This document shows positions 1 to 12,513 of a stretch of 64,000 nt of DNA, piece by piece. The position numbers were made by a program, and so were the translations under genes. Within the stretch, counting starts at the first letter, position 1. Each line of letters starts with the position of its first letter. The notes beneath the pieces were generated by a model. It searched no databases and had not been told where the DNA came from. It saw only the letters and a list, made by a program, of their open reading frames with translations. Source of the stretch: Antedon mediterranea (Eukaryota > Animalia > Echinodermata); NCBI RefSeq assembly GCF_964355755.1, contig NC_092674.1, forward strand, positions 17,050,001 through 17,114,000. The letters run 5' to 3'.

Positions 1-538
1 CCTTGATCGGACTGAACAGCTTTAGGCAATCCTACCCATGTAAAGAATTTTACCAATGCTTTAACAACATTCTTAGCTGTAATACGCTTAAGAGGAATCG
101 CTTCTGGAAACCTACTTGATGCACACATTATTGTTAATAGATACTCATTTCCATTTTTAGTACGTGGTAATGGTCCCACACAATCAACAATAACTCTTGA
201 AAATGGTTCACCGAATGCAGGAATAGGCTTAAGTGGGGCTACTGGAACCTTTTGATTAGGCTTCCCCACTACCTGACACGCATGACAGGATTTACAATAG
301 TTAGACACATCTTTTCTAAGACCTGGCCAAAAGAAATGCCTGAGAATTTTGTCTACCGTTTTATTGACACCTAAATGACCTGAAAGAGGATCATCATGCG
401 CAATACCAATAATATCCTGACGGTATCTACTAGGAATAACTATCTGGTGAATCTCATTCCAAACATCACTACTTGGAATATCTGGTGGCCTCCACTTACG
501 CATAAGTATGCCATCCTTTATATAATAACAAACAGGAA
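1..538 (-). mobile_element. Gypsy (Gmr1-like) LTR retrotransposon remnant: integrase N-terminal zinc-binding and core region, running off the window edge
   Basis: Minus-strand translation gives PVCYYIKDGILMRKWRPP...GHLGVNKT...FWPGLRKDV..YCKSCHACQ...PLKPIP..GEPFSRVIVDCVGPLP...YLLTIMCASSRFPEAIPL...VQSDQG. Confidence 0.85.
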
Positions 539-1937
539 GTATAATAATTATTTTTACACTGAACCACAAGGTATAGATGAAATTAATAAACAGATTTTGT
601 GGGGCAACAAATATATTGTACTAAACAATAATTCTTTATATAACCAAAATTGGATTGATTCTGGAATAACACAAATTAGTGATATTGTTAATGATAACTC
701 TTTTAAGTCGTCACAAGAAATTGTTGATAAACTTAAGAAATAAAAAAACTGGATTGTTGAATATTTTTGTTTAAAACAGGCAATTCTCAGACATTGGAAA
801 AACAAACTTTTTAATGTTAAAGATAATATTCAGGTAGTAGAAGTGAAAAAATATGATTTATATGACAAAAACGCTACAGTTAAAACATTTTACAAGGGAT
901 TTTTGGTGAATAAATCCAGTGAACCAAATGTTCAAACGAATGGGAAAGAGATCTTAATTTAGATTCTTTAGATTGGAATACAATATGGCATAGAAAAGTA
1001 TACTGTATGAAACACATAAGTAAAATTGCACAATTTAATTTTAAATTGTTGCATAGAATTTTATGTTGTAAAAAGAAACTTAAGTTATGGAAGATATATG
1101 ATTCAGATATGTGTGACAGATGTAACATAGAAATAGAAGACGAAAGGCACATGCTAATCAAATGTGAAAAAAATGCACCCTTTTGGTATAATACAACATG
1201 CTAAACTCTTGTAACAAAGAAAATCAGGCGTTTGTTGATTATTCTTGTTTTGAATATATTATTCTTGGCTTAGCCAATAATATTGTTAATGAGTTGTTAT
1301 CAATTTTTACTTTTTGTATTTACAAGGCAAGTGTTCTTTGTCGAACAGAAAATAAAATTATAAATGCATGGTTGTTATTCACTAATGAAATTAAAATGTT
1401 AAGAAAAATTGAATACGCAATTGATAATCTTGCGAAAGAAATGGGGAAAATTAGATCATAATCGTCTAGAATATTGTCTAAATAGATGACAATCAAATGT
1501 AACGTTATGAAATGATTGAAAATAAGGTGTGCTAGGAGAATGACATAATGTATATACGGGTGTGTATATATATTTAAATATATATGTTTAAGAGTATGTA
1601 TTAATAGTCAAAGTTGTGATATCAATCAGTAGCTACAAGATACAATATTATTTATGTGTTATGTAAGTACTGAGTATATCAAAGTTTTCAAAGGATATCA
1701 AGGCTATATAAATTAAATGAGAACAAAAGGGATTGTATAATAACTATAGGGAAACACAACAAGGCGAACATAAGTGTTAAGAGATAATAATGAAAAAGAT
1801 GAACTCAAAAAGAAAGCAAATATGCATGATTAAAACAAATGTTAATAGACGAAATATACATGTTAATGTATTAATGTATATATATACAGTATGTATTTAT
1901 GGAATTAAAAGTGGGATGAACCCACGTAAGACAAAAA
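539..1937 (+). mobile_element. 5'-truncated, degenerate L1/Tx1-clade LINE (ORF2 C-terminus plus 3' UTR) inserted into the Gypsy pol
   Basis: Broken ORFs contain QILWGNKYI..W..SGITQISDI and the zinc-knuckle region FNFKLLHRIL...C..C....ED..HMLIKC. A short A-tail precedes a 12-bp direct repeat AACAAACAGGAA at 527-538 and 1938-1949. Confidence 0.8.
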
Positions 1938-2750
1938 AACAAACAGGAACAATAGACATTTCCTCTACAGAAAGAGCTTGCTGACCAAATGACACCAAAT
2001 CAGGATCTTTACTCTGCTCTTCCACTAACCTAGACCGATTGAGAACTGTCGGACCGAAATCACAAACTTTTGGGTGCTGTTGTTCAGCCTGGGCAGTGTG
2101 TGACTCGGGACCTGAGCAGACAGCCTCTTGGGAAACGCGATCCGTAATGTCTCCGTAAAAACTATCACATAAGTCAATACTCTCATCCTCATCTATGGTT
2201 TTCTTTGCCATAGATCGCGTCACCGCACATGATGGAAACACATGTGATAATTCTTTCTCTAAACACACAGTGCTTTCGTCTTCAACAGGACTCTTGCACA
2301 CAACCGGTTCTACTGTCACTCTGTCTCCGGCCAAATCATTCCCCAAAAGGAGTGTGACACCCCATACTGGAAGACTCGGAACGACACCGACAACAAAATC
2401 TCCTCTAACAATATCTGTTTCAATCCGAATTACATGAAGTGGTACTTCCTTATAACCCCCTTCAACACCTTGAATGAGCACACTTGCTCCAGCAGAAGAC
2501 TCGTTTGAAAATGACAATGCCAATTCTATTATCAGGGATTGTGACGCCCCTGTGTCTCTTAAGACACGAACTTTACTCAGATTCACATCGTTGATCAATG
2601 CTACAGAACCAGTAGAGAGGAAAGGCTTAAATAGCTTTCGCACTTTTTCCGGACCTGAAGATTGGATCAACTTCTCACTTTCATCAACGTCATGACTCTC
2701 TGTCACTTTCAACGGGACTGTATTTACTAACGTGTTTGGAAGTGATTGAG
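1938..2750 (-). mobile_element. Upstream part of the same Gypsy element: aspartic protease and linker
   Basis: ORF 1897-2712 has LRDTGASQSLI and LLLGNDLAG. It ends IVPVC, which rejoins PVCYYIKDG once the LINE and one TSD copy are removed. Confidence 0.8.
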
Positions 2751-3124
2751 CCCTATTTAAAGTTTGTCCAACTATTAGTTACGGAGTTATATGATATGTA
2801 GGTCAAAGCTCAAATATGCTAAAAATCATACTTCCAGCCATTTTTGGACAAACTTTTCCATTAGAACGAATATTAATATGCATCTCCCAAATAATTAGAC
2901 ACTAAAATTATTTCAACTAATCTAAGCGTTGCAAAGATATGGCCATTTTGTTTTCAATGGGTCAAACCATTCAAATTGAGGTCAGAGGTCAAAGATGAAT
3001 TTTAGAAATTTGACAACATGGGTTTTTATAACCAGCATGATTCAAATATTCATAAAACACAATGTTTACACTTTCCCCATGATCTGCACACGAAGGCACT
3101 TTTTTTGACATAGGGATCTGGACT

Positions 3125-3344
3125 AATGTGACAAACCCATCACATTACACAGAATTAATTTTGTTGAGACAAAATGAATTTTGTCAAGACAAAATTTATT
3201 TTGTCCACACAGAATAAATTTTGTCAACACAAAATGCATTTTGTCAATTTGACAAAATGAATTTTGTATTGACAAAATTAATTATGTGTAGAAAAAATTG
3301 TAATATTTCGACAAAATTAGCAATGTCCCATACGGCGCCCCGTA
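3125..3344. mobile_element. One end of a non-autonomous DNA element with short TTTTGTC/GACAAAA subrepeats (possibly IS3EU-like)
   Basis: Repeated ttttgtc/gacaaaa units end in CCGTA (TACGG on the minus strand). No partner end was found. Confidence 0.3.
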
Positions 3345-3471
3345 CATATATACATGGGATGGCCGAAAAAGATACAAGTTTAAAAACGATACATAAATGA
3401 TGACGTAGAATATATCTAGTAGGCGCGCATGCGTAAAAGAAGAACTGGATTGCTGGTGGTGTTTCCGGTGG
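3345..3471 (+). promoter_or_regulatory. Promoter-like motif cluster, homologous to the ends of the adjacent foldback element
   Basis: TGACGT (CRE-like), GCGCGCATGCGT (NRF1-like) and TTTCCGGT (ETS-like) within about 70 bp. Motif match only. Confidence 0.3.
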
Positions 3472-4309
3472 GGAAGGATCTAAATCTCCCTACTCCAATC
3501 CAGGAGATCTTCTACGCATGTGTAGATATTTACTACGTCATCATATGTATCGTATGTATCGTATTTTACTTGTGGTCCGGCCATGCAGTATTTACTCACA
3601 CGTCGCTTATTTTATACCGTATTACAGTACTTAAATATATGTATATCGCTTTCCCAGACATCCCACAGCTATATAGGTTAATATACATGGAATTAAAGTG
3701 TAGGCCTACCAAACATTTTTGAAAAAGATATTATTAGATATCATAATCGGGTTATGTTTATGCTGTAGGAAAAAGGAGAATCAACGTAAACGAATACTTA
3801 ATCTATGCCTACTATGATTCCGGTAAATCCACTGTACATAGCCGTATACCTGCCCTGACGTATGACAAATAAGAAATTTATTATTTGTCATCCTTCAGGG
3901 CAGGTTATTGTATGATTCCACTGTACATAGTCGTATACCTGCCCTGACGTATGACAAATAAGACATTTATTATTTGTCAGCCTTCAGGGCAGGTATGGTT
4001 CCACTGTACATAGCCGCGTATACCTGCCCTGACAGGCCCGTGGCCAGAATGCATCAGAGGGGGGTTTTCTTGACACCAAGTATTCCCCTGGAAGCTTTGG
4101 TGCTCAGAGCAATTTCGGTTGTTTTAATAAGCTTATACAGAGACATTTTTTACCTACTAAAATCTGAGTTATGCAGAGAAATTATATAGTACAGTATTAT
4201 GGAAGTTAGTAGTACTGATCATGAAATACAGCTTTATTGTTGCAAAAAAGTATATTATATTAGGCCCTTAAATAATTTCTTATCCTATAAACATAAAAAA
4301 CAAATAATA

Positions 4310-6455
4310 CCGTATATTTCGGTGTACAAGTCGCACCTGTGTAGGCCTATAAGACGCACCCATAACGGAGACTGAAATATTAGTATTTTTTATGTAGTCG
4401 ATGCATAAGACGCACTTATTTCTAGGCCGAAATTTAAACATTTTACAATCAAAACAATGGTATTTTAATAATAAAACAACGATATTTGAGACATATTTAT
4501 TAGAATCAAATGATATAATTTTGTTTGATTGCCTTTATTACATCGTAATCAGTCTCTACTTCAACTACTACTACTACTTAAACTGAACATTCAATGAAAA
4601 AGGAAATCCCCATATTGTTTCAGTTACGATGCACTGTGTGGGTAGGGCTAGCCTATGTCATTTAAGTAACTTTAATTTCATATTATTTAAATATATACCT
4701 TCTTATTGGGGTGTCACGAAACCTAAGACCACGAAAGCTAAGACCCCCTAAGACCTAAGATCACGAAAGCTAAGACCCAAGACCTAGATTACATTATTTA
4801 TCTTTCGCACCTGCCTTGTATTTTAACTCCCAACATTTATTCTGAATACCACACCTTAGAATTAGCACTTTATGAAAAAGAATCACATAAAAAGTAACAA
4901 ATACATTTTCAAATTGATGATTTTACAGACGTTTTTCTCGCACACATACTGTTTGCGAATTTCGCATGGCCTACACTACAGTTAGGCCTACATCATGTTC
5001 AATGTTTTTGTTTCTATGGAACGTCAATAGAGCAAAAATTATATAGAGGGCTGAAAACTCTGTGGAGTCCATCTACAGTGTGGATGGAACAATGTGAAAT
5101 TAAAATTGTAATAATAATAGTATAATCATGCTAGTACGAAGAAATAAATACTCGCAAATAAATTTTAATTTAAAAATCATGATAATAAGTTTTTTTGTTT
5201 CATTTTCTTTCTGTTTTTATACTTGTACTATTATTGTTGCTCTTTTGGCGCTTCATAGAAACAAAAACATTGAGCATGAGGAGTTACAGTATACAAAGAA
5301 ACACGTCTGTAAAAACATCAATTTAAAGGATTTATTTATTTGTTTTTATGTGTTTCTCCTTCTGAAAGTACTTATATAAGTCCTAATTTTAAAGTGTGAT
5401 ATTCAGAATAAAGTCAGTTAACAAATTTGGAGTCAAAATACAAGAAAGGCAGGTGCGAAAGAAAAACATCCTCTGAACCAACACAATGGAGTAAATATAT
5501 ACCAACAAACAACCAGTCAAGTTTGTTTGTTGTAAAGGAAAAATATACATTTACTCAACGGGCGAAAATAATGTGAGTTTATCTATGTTTTGCGGTAGTA
5601 TTTAATTATATTTATGGTAATAAATGAAATCTACTATGTTTAAAATTATGTATGGATAAACAAGTATTGTTTTTAAGCTGTAGTATATCTTAGAATTTGC
5701 AATCTTAGGTCTTGGGTCTTAGCTTTCGTGATCTTAGGTCTTAGGGGGTCTTAGCTTTCGTGGTCTTAGGTTTCGTGACACCCCTTCTTATTGTGTGTAT
5801 GACCATTATAAGATCAATCCAAATGATGTTCAGTTTTTTGGGCTGATAATGAACCAGGAATTTCCATGCATGCATTACAGCAATATGAGGAGAAAAGAGC
5901 ACTAACCATGTGCTCCTTGCCTGGTGGCCAGCACTGTTGGCCATATACACTATGAGATTAGGGGAAGCTACTTAACACAATAACGCTTGACATACGAACT
6001 ATTGCCTACATGATTATAAAATTATGTGATTGTTGACATAGAGATGTAATAAAAATAAACCACCGTGATCAAGGGAAATAGTTATTGTGTAATTAAAATG
6101 TGACACCACCGTAATTAATGGACTCTTCCATAAATGTGTTGCGCTGTGATGCTGCATGCTGCTAGTACACACCCGCGAGTTCAGAGGGTATTACTAGGCC
6201 TGGGTAGAATATCTAATGCGTACTGTAATATTAATTAATACAGTCGAGGATGACAATTTACCTTAACTAAAAATTCAATAAACTTGTTACCACACTGTGG
6301 TTAGACAGGAGTGAGTAACTAGCTAGGCCTACGTTGCAGAATAGTACACTATTTTTAATTAATTTAAATATTAGTAGGTAATTAAATTAATTAGGGTAAC
6401 ATTTAGAGGTCAAATTTGCGTGTCAAAAGTGCGTCTTATACACCGAAATATACGG
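4310..6455. mobile_element. Tc1/mariner (pogo/Tigger-like) non-autonomous element
   Basis: TIRs CCGTATATTTCGGTGTACAAGTCGCAC / GTGCGTCTTATACACCGAAATATACGG with TA on both flanks. Confidence 0.8.
4709..5783. mobile_element. About 1.08-kb MITE with 10-bp TSD (Mutator-like), copy 1
   Basis: TIR GGGTGTCACGAAACCTAAGACCACGAAAGCTAAGACC. TSD CTTCTTATTG at 4699-4708 and 5784-5793. Confidence 0.85.
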
Positions 6456-8047
6456 TAGGCCTACGTACACGTACCAATTTAACTCAACACCATTTTTATT
6501 CAAGTTTACACAGTGAAATTCTTTGGTTTAATCAAAAATATTTCCAGGAAAAAAATAAAAATCCCCAAAAAGATTGAACTGAACTGAACGTGATCTTATG
6601 CGTTCCGAAAAGCCCGGCCGAAGCACGCGATTGGTCAGTCCATTTTTCTGTCACATTTATAACCATCATCTCTCAACAATCTCTCGATCTCACGCTCAGC
6701 AGTGACTTTGACATCGGACAATCTGTATATTCGATCGATTTAAACATAGTCAATAGAAGTAAAATGACCAAAAAATCTGCTATAATTGATAATTAATTGC
6801 ACGATTTTGGAAGTGGGGCCTTTTTTTTTTCAAGGGGGGTTCGCTGGTAAAAGAGGGGTTCCGCAAAACCACCGTGATCAAGGGAAATAGTTATTGTGTA
6901 ATTAAAATGTGACACCACCGTAATTAATGGACTCTTCCATAAATGTGTTGCGCTGTGATGCTGCATGCTGCTAGTACACACCCGCGAGTTCAGAGGGTAT
7001 TACTAGGCCTGGGTAGAATATCTAATGCGTACTGTAATATTAATTAATACAGTCGATAGAAGTAAAATGACCAAAAAATCTGCTATAATTGATAATTAAT
7101 TGCACGATTTTGGAAGTGGGGCCTTTTTTTTTCAAGGGTGATGTGGTGATGAGGTGATGTTCGCCCGAACAACCCCAAAAAAACCCCCCTGGCTACGGGC
7201 CTGCCTGACGTATGACAAATAAGACATTATTATTTGTCATCCTTCAGGGCAGGTATTATTGTAATGATTCCACTGTACATAGCCGTATACCTGCCCTGAC
7301 GTATGACAAATAAGACATTTATTATTTTTCATCCTTCAGGCTATGTACAGTGGAATCATACAATACCTGTCCTGAAGGATGACAAATATTAAATGTCTTA
7401 TTTGTCATATATGACATTTATCCTATGTAACCTTGAAAAAATTCTAATAAAAGGTCTTTTGGTATTTTCTTGTAGCTTTAGGTGTGAATAAATACCAAAA
7501 AATTTTTGCAGCCTTCTAGTTGCTGCGTTAGTGAGATATTGAGGGTCAAAGGTCAGTGACCTTTTTGTGGCATTTGATGGCTCATAACTCCTCAATTCCT
7601 GGGTTTAAAAAGACAACTGTGGTGTCTACATCTATGTTTTAGTGGTCAAACAACAAAATAAAGTTTTTGCAAATTTCGGGTTACTTGTGCCATTGGTCAG
7701 ATAGTCGGGTCAAAGGTCATTGACCTTTATTCATTAATAACTACTACTAGTTTAGGACCTGGGTAAGATTTGTATGCATTCAATTTAGGAGAGAATATCT
7801 CAACTGTTATAGGATAATTAGACCCCAAGGAACAACATGGGATATGTGCCAAATTCGTTATCGGGGGCGAATATGCCCAAAATCGGGGTCAAAGGTTAGA
7901 AATGTGTGGTTCTTATATCTCGACAACCAAATCATACAGATTTGCTTTTGGTGTCAAATTGTTCAGAAAATACATATTTATATTCAGTCTAACACAACGT
8001 TTACCCCAAAAAATGACCGGAAATGCTTTTACTGACCTTTGACCAAA

Positions 8048-9763
8048 CTTACTTACTTAATGTCATCCCACTATTAAGTGGGTGCCATGATAATTTGTCT
8101 CCACACATCTCTATCAAGCATGCTCTTTCTCAGTTCACTCAGGTCTAGTTTGGTATCTTTCAACAGAATGTCGAGCGAAGTCAGTTGAGGTCTTCCCACT
8201 TTCCTTTTCTCTTCTGGTTCCCAAAGGAGAACTCTTGAGGCAGGCTCAGAGCTTCTCATAACATGACCGGCAAGGCCCATGCGACGTCTTTGAATGATGG
8301 TCGTAAGACGGAGAAGGTTGGCATATAGTGTCTTGTTGGTGGCGTCTGAGGACCATGGGATGTTTTGGACTTTCCTCAGCATGCGGGTGTATGCTCCATC
8401 CAATGATTTTGAGAGCGATGAAGTAAGACTCCATGTCTCACAGCCGTAAAGAAGAATGGCTTCAACTGTTGACTTAAAGAGGCGGATTTTTGTGGACTTG
8501 TTGATACGAGATGCCCATATTTTTGAAAGACTGTTCAGCGCACCCCATGCATGCTTGACCAAGTCTTGCTTCGACATCATGGTTAGTGGATGAACAGTAG
8601 CTTCCGAGGTACTTGAAATCCTCTACTTGTTCTATTGCTGATCCATCCAGTGCGAGAGTTATAGAAGGTGATGAGGGGTTTAAATGTATGAATTGGGTCT
8701 TCTTGATGTTTAAGTATAAACCTATAGCTTGTGTGGCTTGTTGAATTCTGTGCAGTAGATTTTCGGCAGCATGTATGGAATCTTCAAGAATGGCGATGTC
8801 ATCGGCAAAGTCCAGGTCTGGTAGTACTTCAGCTGGATGTCTTCTACTACGGCGGAGGGTGAGACCGTCTGATGATGTAGTTGCTGATCGCACTACATAG
8901 TCAAGGCAGACAATAAACAAGAATGGAGCAAGAGGGTCTCCTTGAACTACGCCAGAGTCGATGTTGAAGCAATCAGTCTCAACATCTGGAGTCAGGACAA
9001 CTGCTGATGTATTGATATACATTACTCTGATGGCTTCTACAATTTTATGAGGGATGCCGTATGCTAAGAGGATCTTCATCATGATGTTGCGATTGATGGA
9101 ATCGAAGGCTTTGCGAAAGTCAATAAACATAAAGACTGCCTCTTTGTGATGGTTCTTAACCTCTTCAACAATTCTCCTCAGTGCAAGAATGTGCGTAGTT
9201 GTTGATCGTGCCTGACGAAAGCCATTCTGGTTGGGGCGTAAAACTTCATTAATCACAGGACGTATCCTATTTAAAATCAGGCGATTGTAGATCTTTGCAG
9301 CCAATTGTGATAATGAAATACCCCTGTAGTTATCTGGTTTTGAAAGATCACCTTTTTTAGGGATATGAACGAAATTCCCCATTCTGATGGCCTGTTTCCA
9401 TCAAGAATTTGATTGCAGAAAGAAGTGAGAGCTTTCTGGGTGCCAGGTAATTTCCATATTTCGATGGGAAAACCGTCAAGACCAGGTGCTTTGCCAGATT
9501 TCATCTGTTTGCAGGCAATTGACACCTCAGCCTCGGAGAACCTCTCGGAGCTTATCTGGTGGTTAAGTTGAAGATTTTGACGATATCCATGTCATCTACC
9601 ACTGAAGTCTCCACCGATAGTAGTTTGTGGAAGTGAGTTTTCCATGCTAGAAGACGATCCTCTCCCATGATGCAGGCACTTTGAGATCTCTTCCCTGAGA
9701 GTTGTTTGAAAAGTTGCCATGCAGATCTTAAGCTGTTGGCCGATGCTGGTTGATCGAAAAAAA
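8048..9763 (-). mobile_element. 5'-truncated RTE-clade LINE with frameshifted RT
   Basis: GKAPGLDG, NYRGISL, QNGFR, FIDFRKAFDS, GVVQGDPLAPFLF, DFADD, FKYLG, LLYGCETW. It has a (TAAG)n 3' tail and TSD TGACCAAA at 8040-8047 and 9764-9771. Confidence 0.85.
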
Positions 9764-9959
9764 TGACCAAAAAAACACATTTTCTGGTTAAATTATTCTT
9801 TAAAATGTCAATGGACACACTGTATGGTATAAAATGGAAGCATATACAATATGCTACCCATTGCTACCCAACTTGTATTGAAATTTTTAATTAGGAATAT
9901 AACTTTATGGAAAATGTGCATAATTGACTTCAGTATTTAGAATTATTATTAATTTATCT

Positions 9960-10975
9960 TTATCAACTGGTACGACCTTTCCTGATGATTTGAAGTTGGG
10001 TCTAGTTACATTTATTTTAAAGAAACCTTCACTGGATCATACTTGCATGGCAAATTTTCGATCTATTTCTAATGTCGCTTTTTTATCTAATTGATCCTTG
10101 AGAAATGCGTTGGTTCCTTTAGATCTCATACATTTTCTTGACGACAATAATCTGTTCGACCCTCTTCAATCAGCATATAGAAAGCACCACAGTACAGAGT
10201 CAGCCATTCTCAAAGTGCATAATGATATTATTTTAACTCTGAATAAAGTTAATTGTCTTTTTTCTGTGTACCTCGACCTGTCGGCAGCTTCTGATACCAT
10301 GGACTATTCCATTCTTATTGCAAGACTCTCGTCTATTGGTATCTGTGGATCTGCTCTAAATTGGTTCAAGTCATATTTGTCTTCTAGGAAGCAGCAGGTC
10401 CGGATTGGTAATGTCAAATCCACCTCTATCGACCTGAAATGCGGTGTTCCTCAAGGATCAATACTGGGTCCAGTATTGTTTTTAGTTTACATCTCGCCCA
10501 TGAGTGATATCATTAAGAGACATTGTGTCCAATATCATGTGTACGCAGATGATACACAACTGTACATCAGCTTTAATCCAGCAGAGTTTAATGAGGCGAA
10601 ATCGGTTATCGAAGCTTGTGTTGTTGATGTTGAGGATTGGCTAACTAAAAACATGCTCTTTTTAAACCTGGTAAAACAGAAATCTTATTTCTTCATTCAA
10701 AACACTTCAAGAAATTGGCCATTGCTAGAAACATCAATCACATCATCGTTGGAGCTTAGATATATCGGAGTTGTATTTGATTCAGCAACGATTATGTCCA
10801 GACATATCAACAACATTAGTAAATCTGATACCTACCACCTTCGTAACATAAGATCAATTCGCAAACACACTCCTCGCTTATTAAACTTGTCCATGCACTA
10901 ATAACATCACGGTTAGACTACTGCAATGCCATTTTGTTTGGTCTACCAAATAAAGAACTTAATAAACTACAACTA
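9960..10975 (+). pseudogene. Degenerate L2/CR1-group LINE reverse transcriptase fragment forming the centre of the long-TIR element
   Basis: QSAYRKHHSTESA, LDLSAASDT, GVPQGSILGPVLF, YADDTQLY and downstream [12 protein letters not shown], with frameshifts. Confidence 0.85.
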
Positions 10976-12214
10976 AGTCTTTTCTTTTTTATACCAAATA
11001 TTTCATTACAACGCTATAATTATTTCACCTAAAATAAACTTACATTAATTTATACTCATTTTTGTCTAAATTTAATAAAATATGCATATTTTCCAAAAAT
11101 AACATCACATAATTAAATACAAGTTGGGTAGCAATGGGTAGCATATTGTATATGCTTTCATTTGATACCATACAGTGTGTCCATTGACATTTTAAATATT
11201 TAAAACCGAAAATGTGTTTTTTGGTCAAAGGTCAGTAAAAGCATTTCCGGTCATTTTTTTGGGTAAAAGTTGTGTTAGACCGAATATAAATATGTATATT
11301 CTGAACAATTTGACACCAAAAGCAAATCTGTATGACAAGTGGTTTTCGAGATATAAGAACCACACATTTCTAACCTTTGACCCCGATTTTGGGCATGTTC
11401 GCCCCAGATAACGAATTTGGCACATATCCCATGTTGTACCTTGGGGTCTAATTATCCTATAACAGTTGAGATATTCTCTCCTAAATTCAATGCATACAAA
11501 TCTTACCCAGGTCCTAAACTAGTAGTAGTTATTAATGAATAAAGGTAAATGACCTTTGACCCGACTATCTGACCAATGGCACAAGTAACCCAAAATTTGC
11601 AAAAACTTTATTTTGTTGTTTGACCACTAAAACATAGATGTAGAAACCACATTTTTCTTTTTAAACCCAGGAGTTGAGGAGTTATGAGCCATCAAATGCC
11701 ACAAAAAGGTCACTGACCTTTGACCCTCAATATCTCACTAACGCAGCAACTAGAAGGCTGCAAAAATTTTTTGGTAATTATTGACACTTAAAGCTACAAG
11801 AAAATACCAAAAGACCTTTTATTATAATTTTTTCAAGGTCAAACCATATATAGCCTCTACTAATACGTCAGGGCAGGTATACGACTATGTACAGTGGAAC
11901 CATACCATACCTGCCCTGAAGGATGACAAATAATCAATATCTTATTTGTCATACGTCAGGGCAGGTATACGACTATGTACAGTGGAATCATACAATCCTG
12001 CCCTGAAGGATGACAAATAATGAAATAATGTCTTATTTGTCATACGTCTGGTCAGGGCAGGTATACGGCTAGCCTATGTACAGTGGAATCATACAATACC
12101 TGCCCTGAAGGATGACAAATAATAAATGTCATGTAATTTCATAATTTCATGTGTATTAGCCTATATAGCTGAGGAGGATGGTCTGGGAAAGCGATATATA
12201 TTTAAGTAATACGG

Positions 12215-12410
12215 TGTAATATTCTTTAAATACATGAGAGACGTTTCTAGTAACACAATGCTTTTATTCTTTAGTTATTCGACATCATTGTTATCACAAT
12301 CATTCGTGAGGTCTTCTATACTGAAGCCATGTTTTAGAGGTCTGTTCCCTTATGGGTATCCTACATACTATAGAGGGCGACATCATAATATATGGTGCCA
12401 TCATATAACA
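12215..12410 (-). repeat. 3' LTR (196 bp); polypurine tract adjacent at 12411-12422
   Basis: Near-identical to the reassembled 5' LTR. The minus strand reads AAAGAAGAGGGA immediately before TGTTATATG. Confidence 0.9.
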
Positions 12411-12513
12411 TCCCTCTTCTTTAATTACTCATAATGGTGTACAAATATAATTAAACTGTGGGTCTCATTTATCAATCATATTACAATCATAATAAAACAA
12501 TTATAAGTTTTAT

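Larger units (their letters stand above)
4033..7203. mobile_element. Non-autonomous TIR element (CAGG termini, hAT-like) with 5-bp TSD
   Basis: TIRs CAGGCCCGTGGCCAG / CTGGCTACGGGCCTG. CCTGA is duplicated at 4028-4032 and 7204-7208, where the host repeat unit has one copy. Confidence 0.75.
7430..11862. mobile_element. Long-TIR non-autonomous element (arms about 800 bp; left terminus missing)
   Basis: 7430-8047 plus 9772-9945 is the reverse complement of about 11050-11838. The mirrored spurious ORFs 7844+ and 11225- reflect this. Confidence 0.8.
3825..12130. repeat. About 85-90-bp tandem repeat inside the foldback element (blocks 3825-4032, 7204-7415, 11863-12130)
   Basis: Unit CCACTGTACATAGCCGTATACCTGCCCTGACGTATGACAAATAAG...ATTTGTCATCCTTCAGGGCAGG is itself a hairpin. 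It is direct up to about 7340 and inverted after. Confidence 0.8.
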
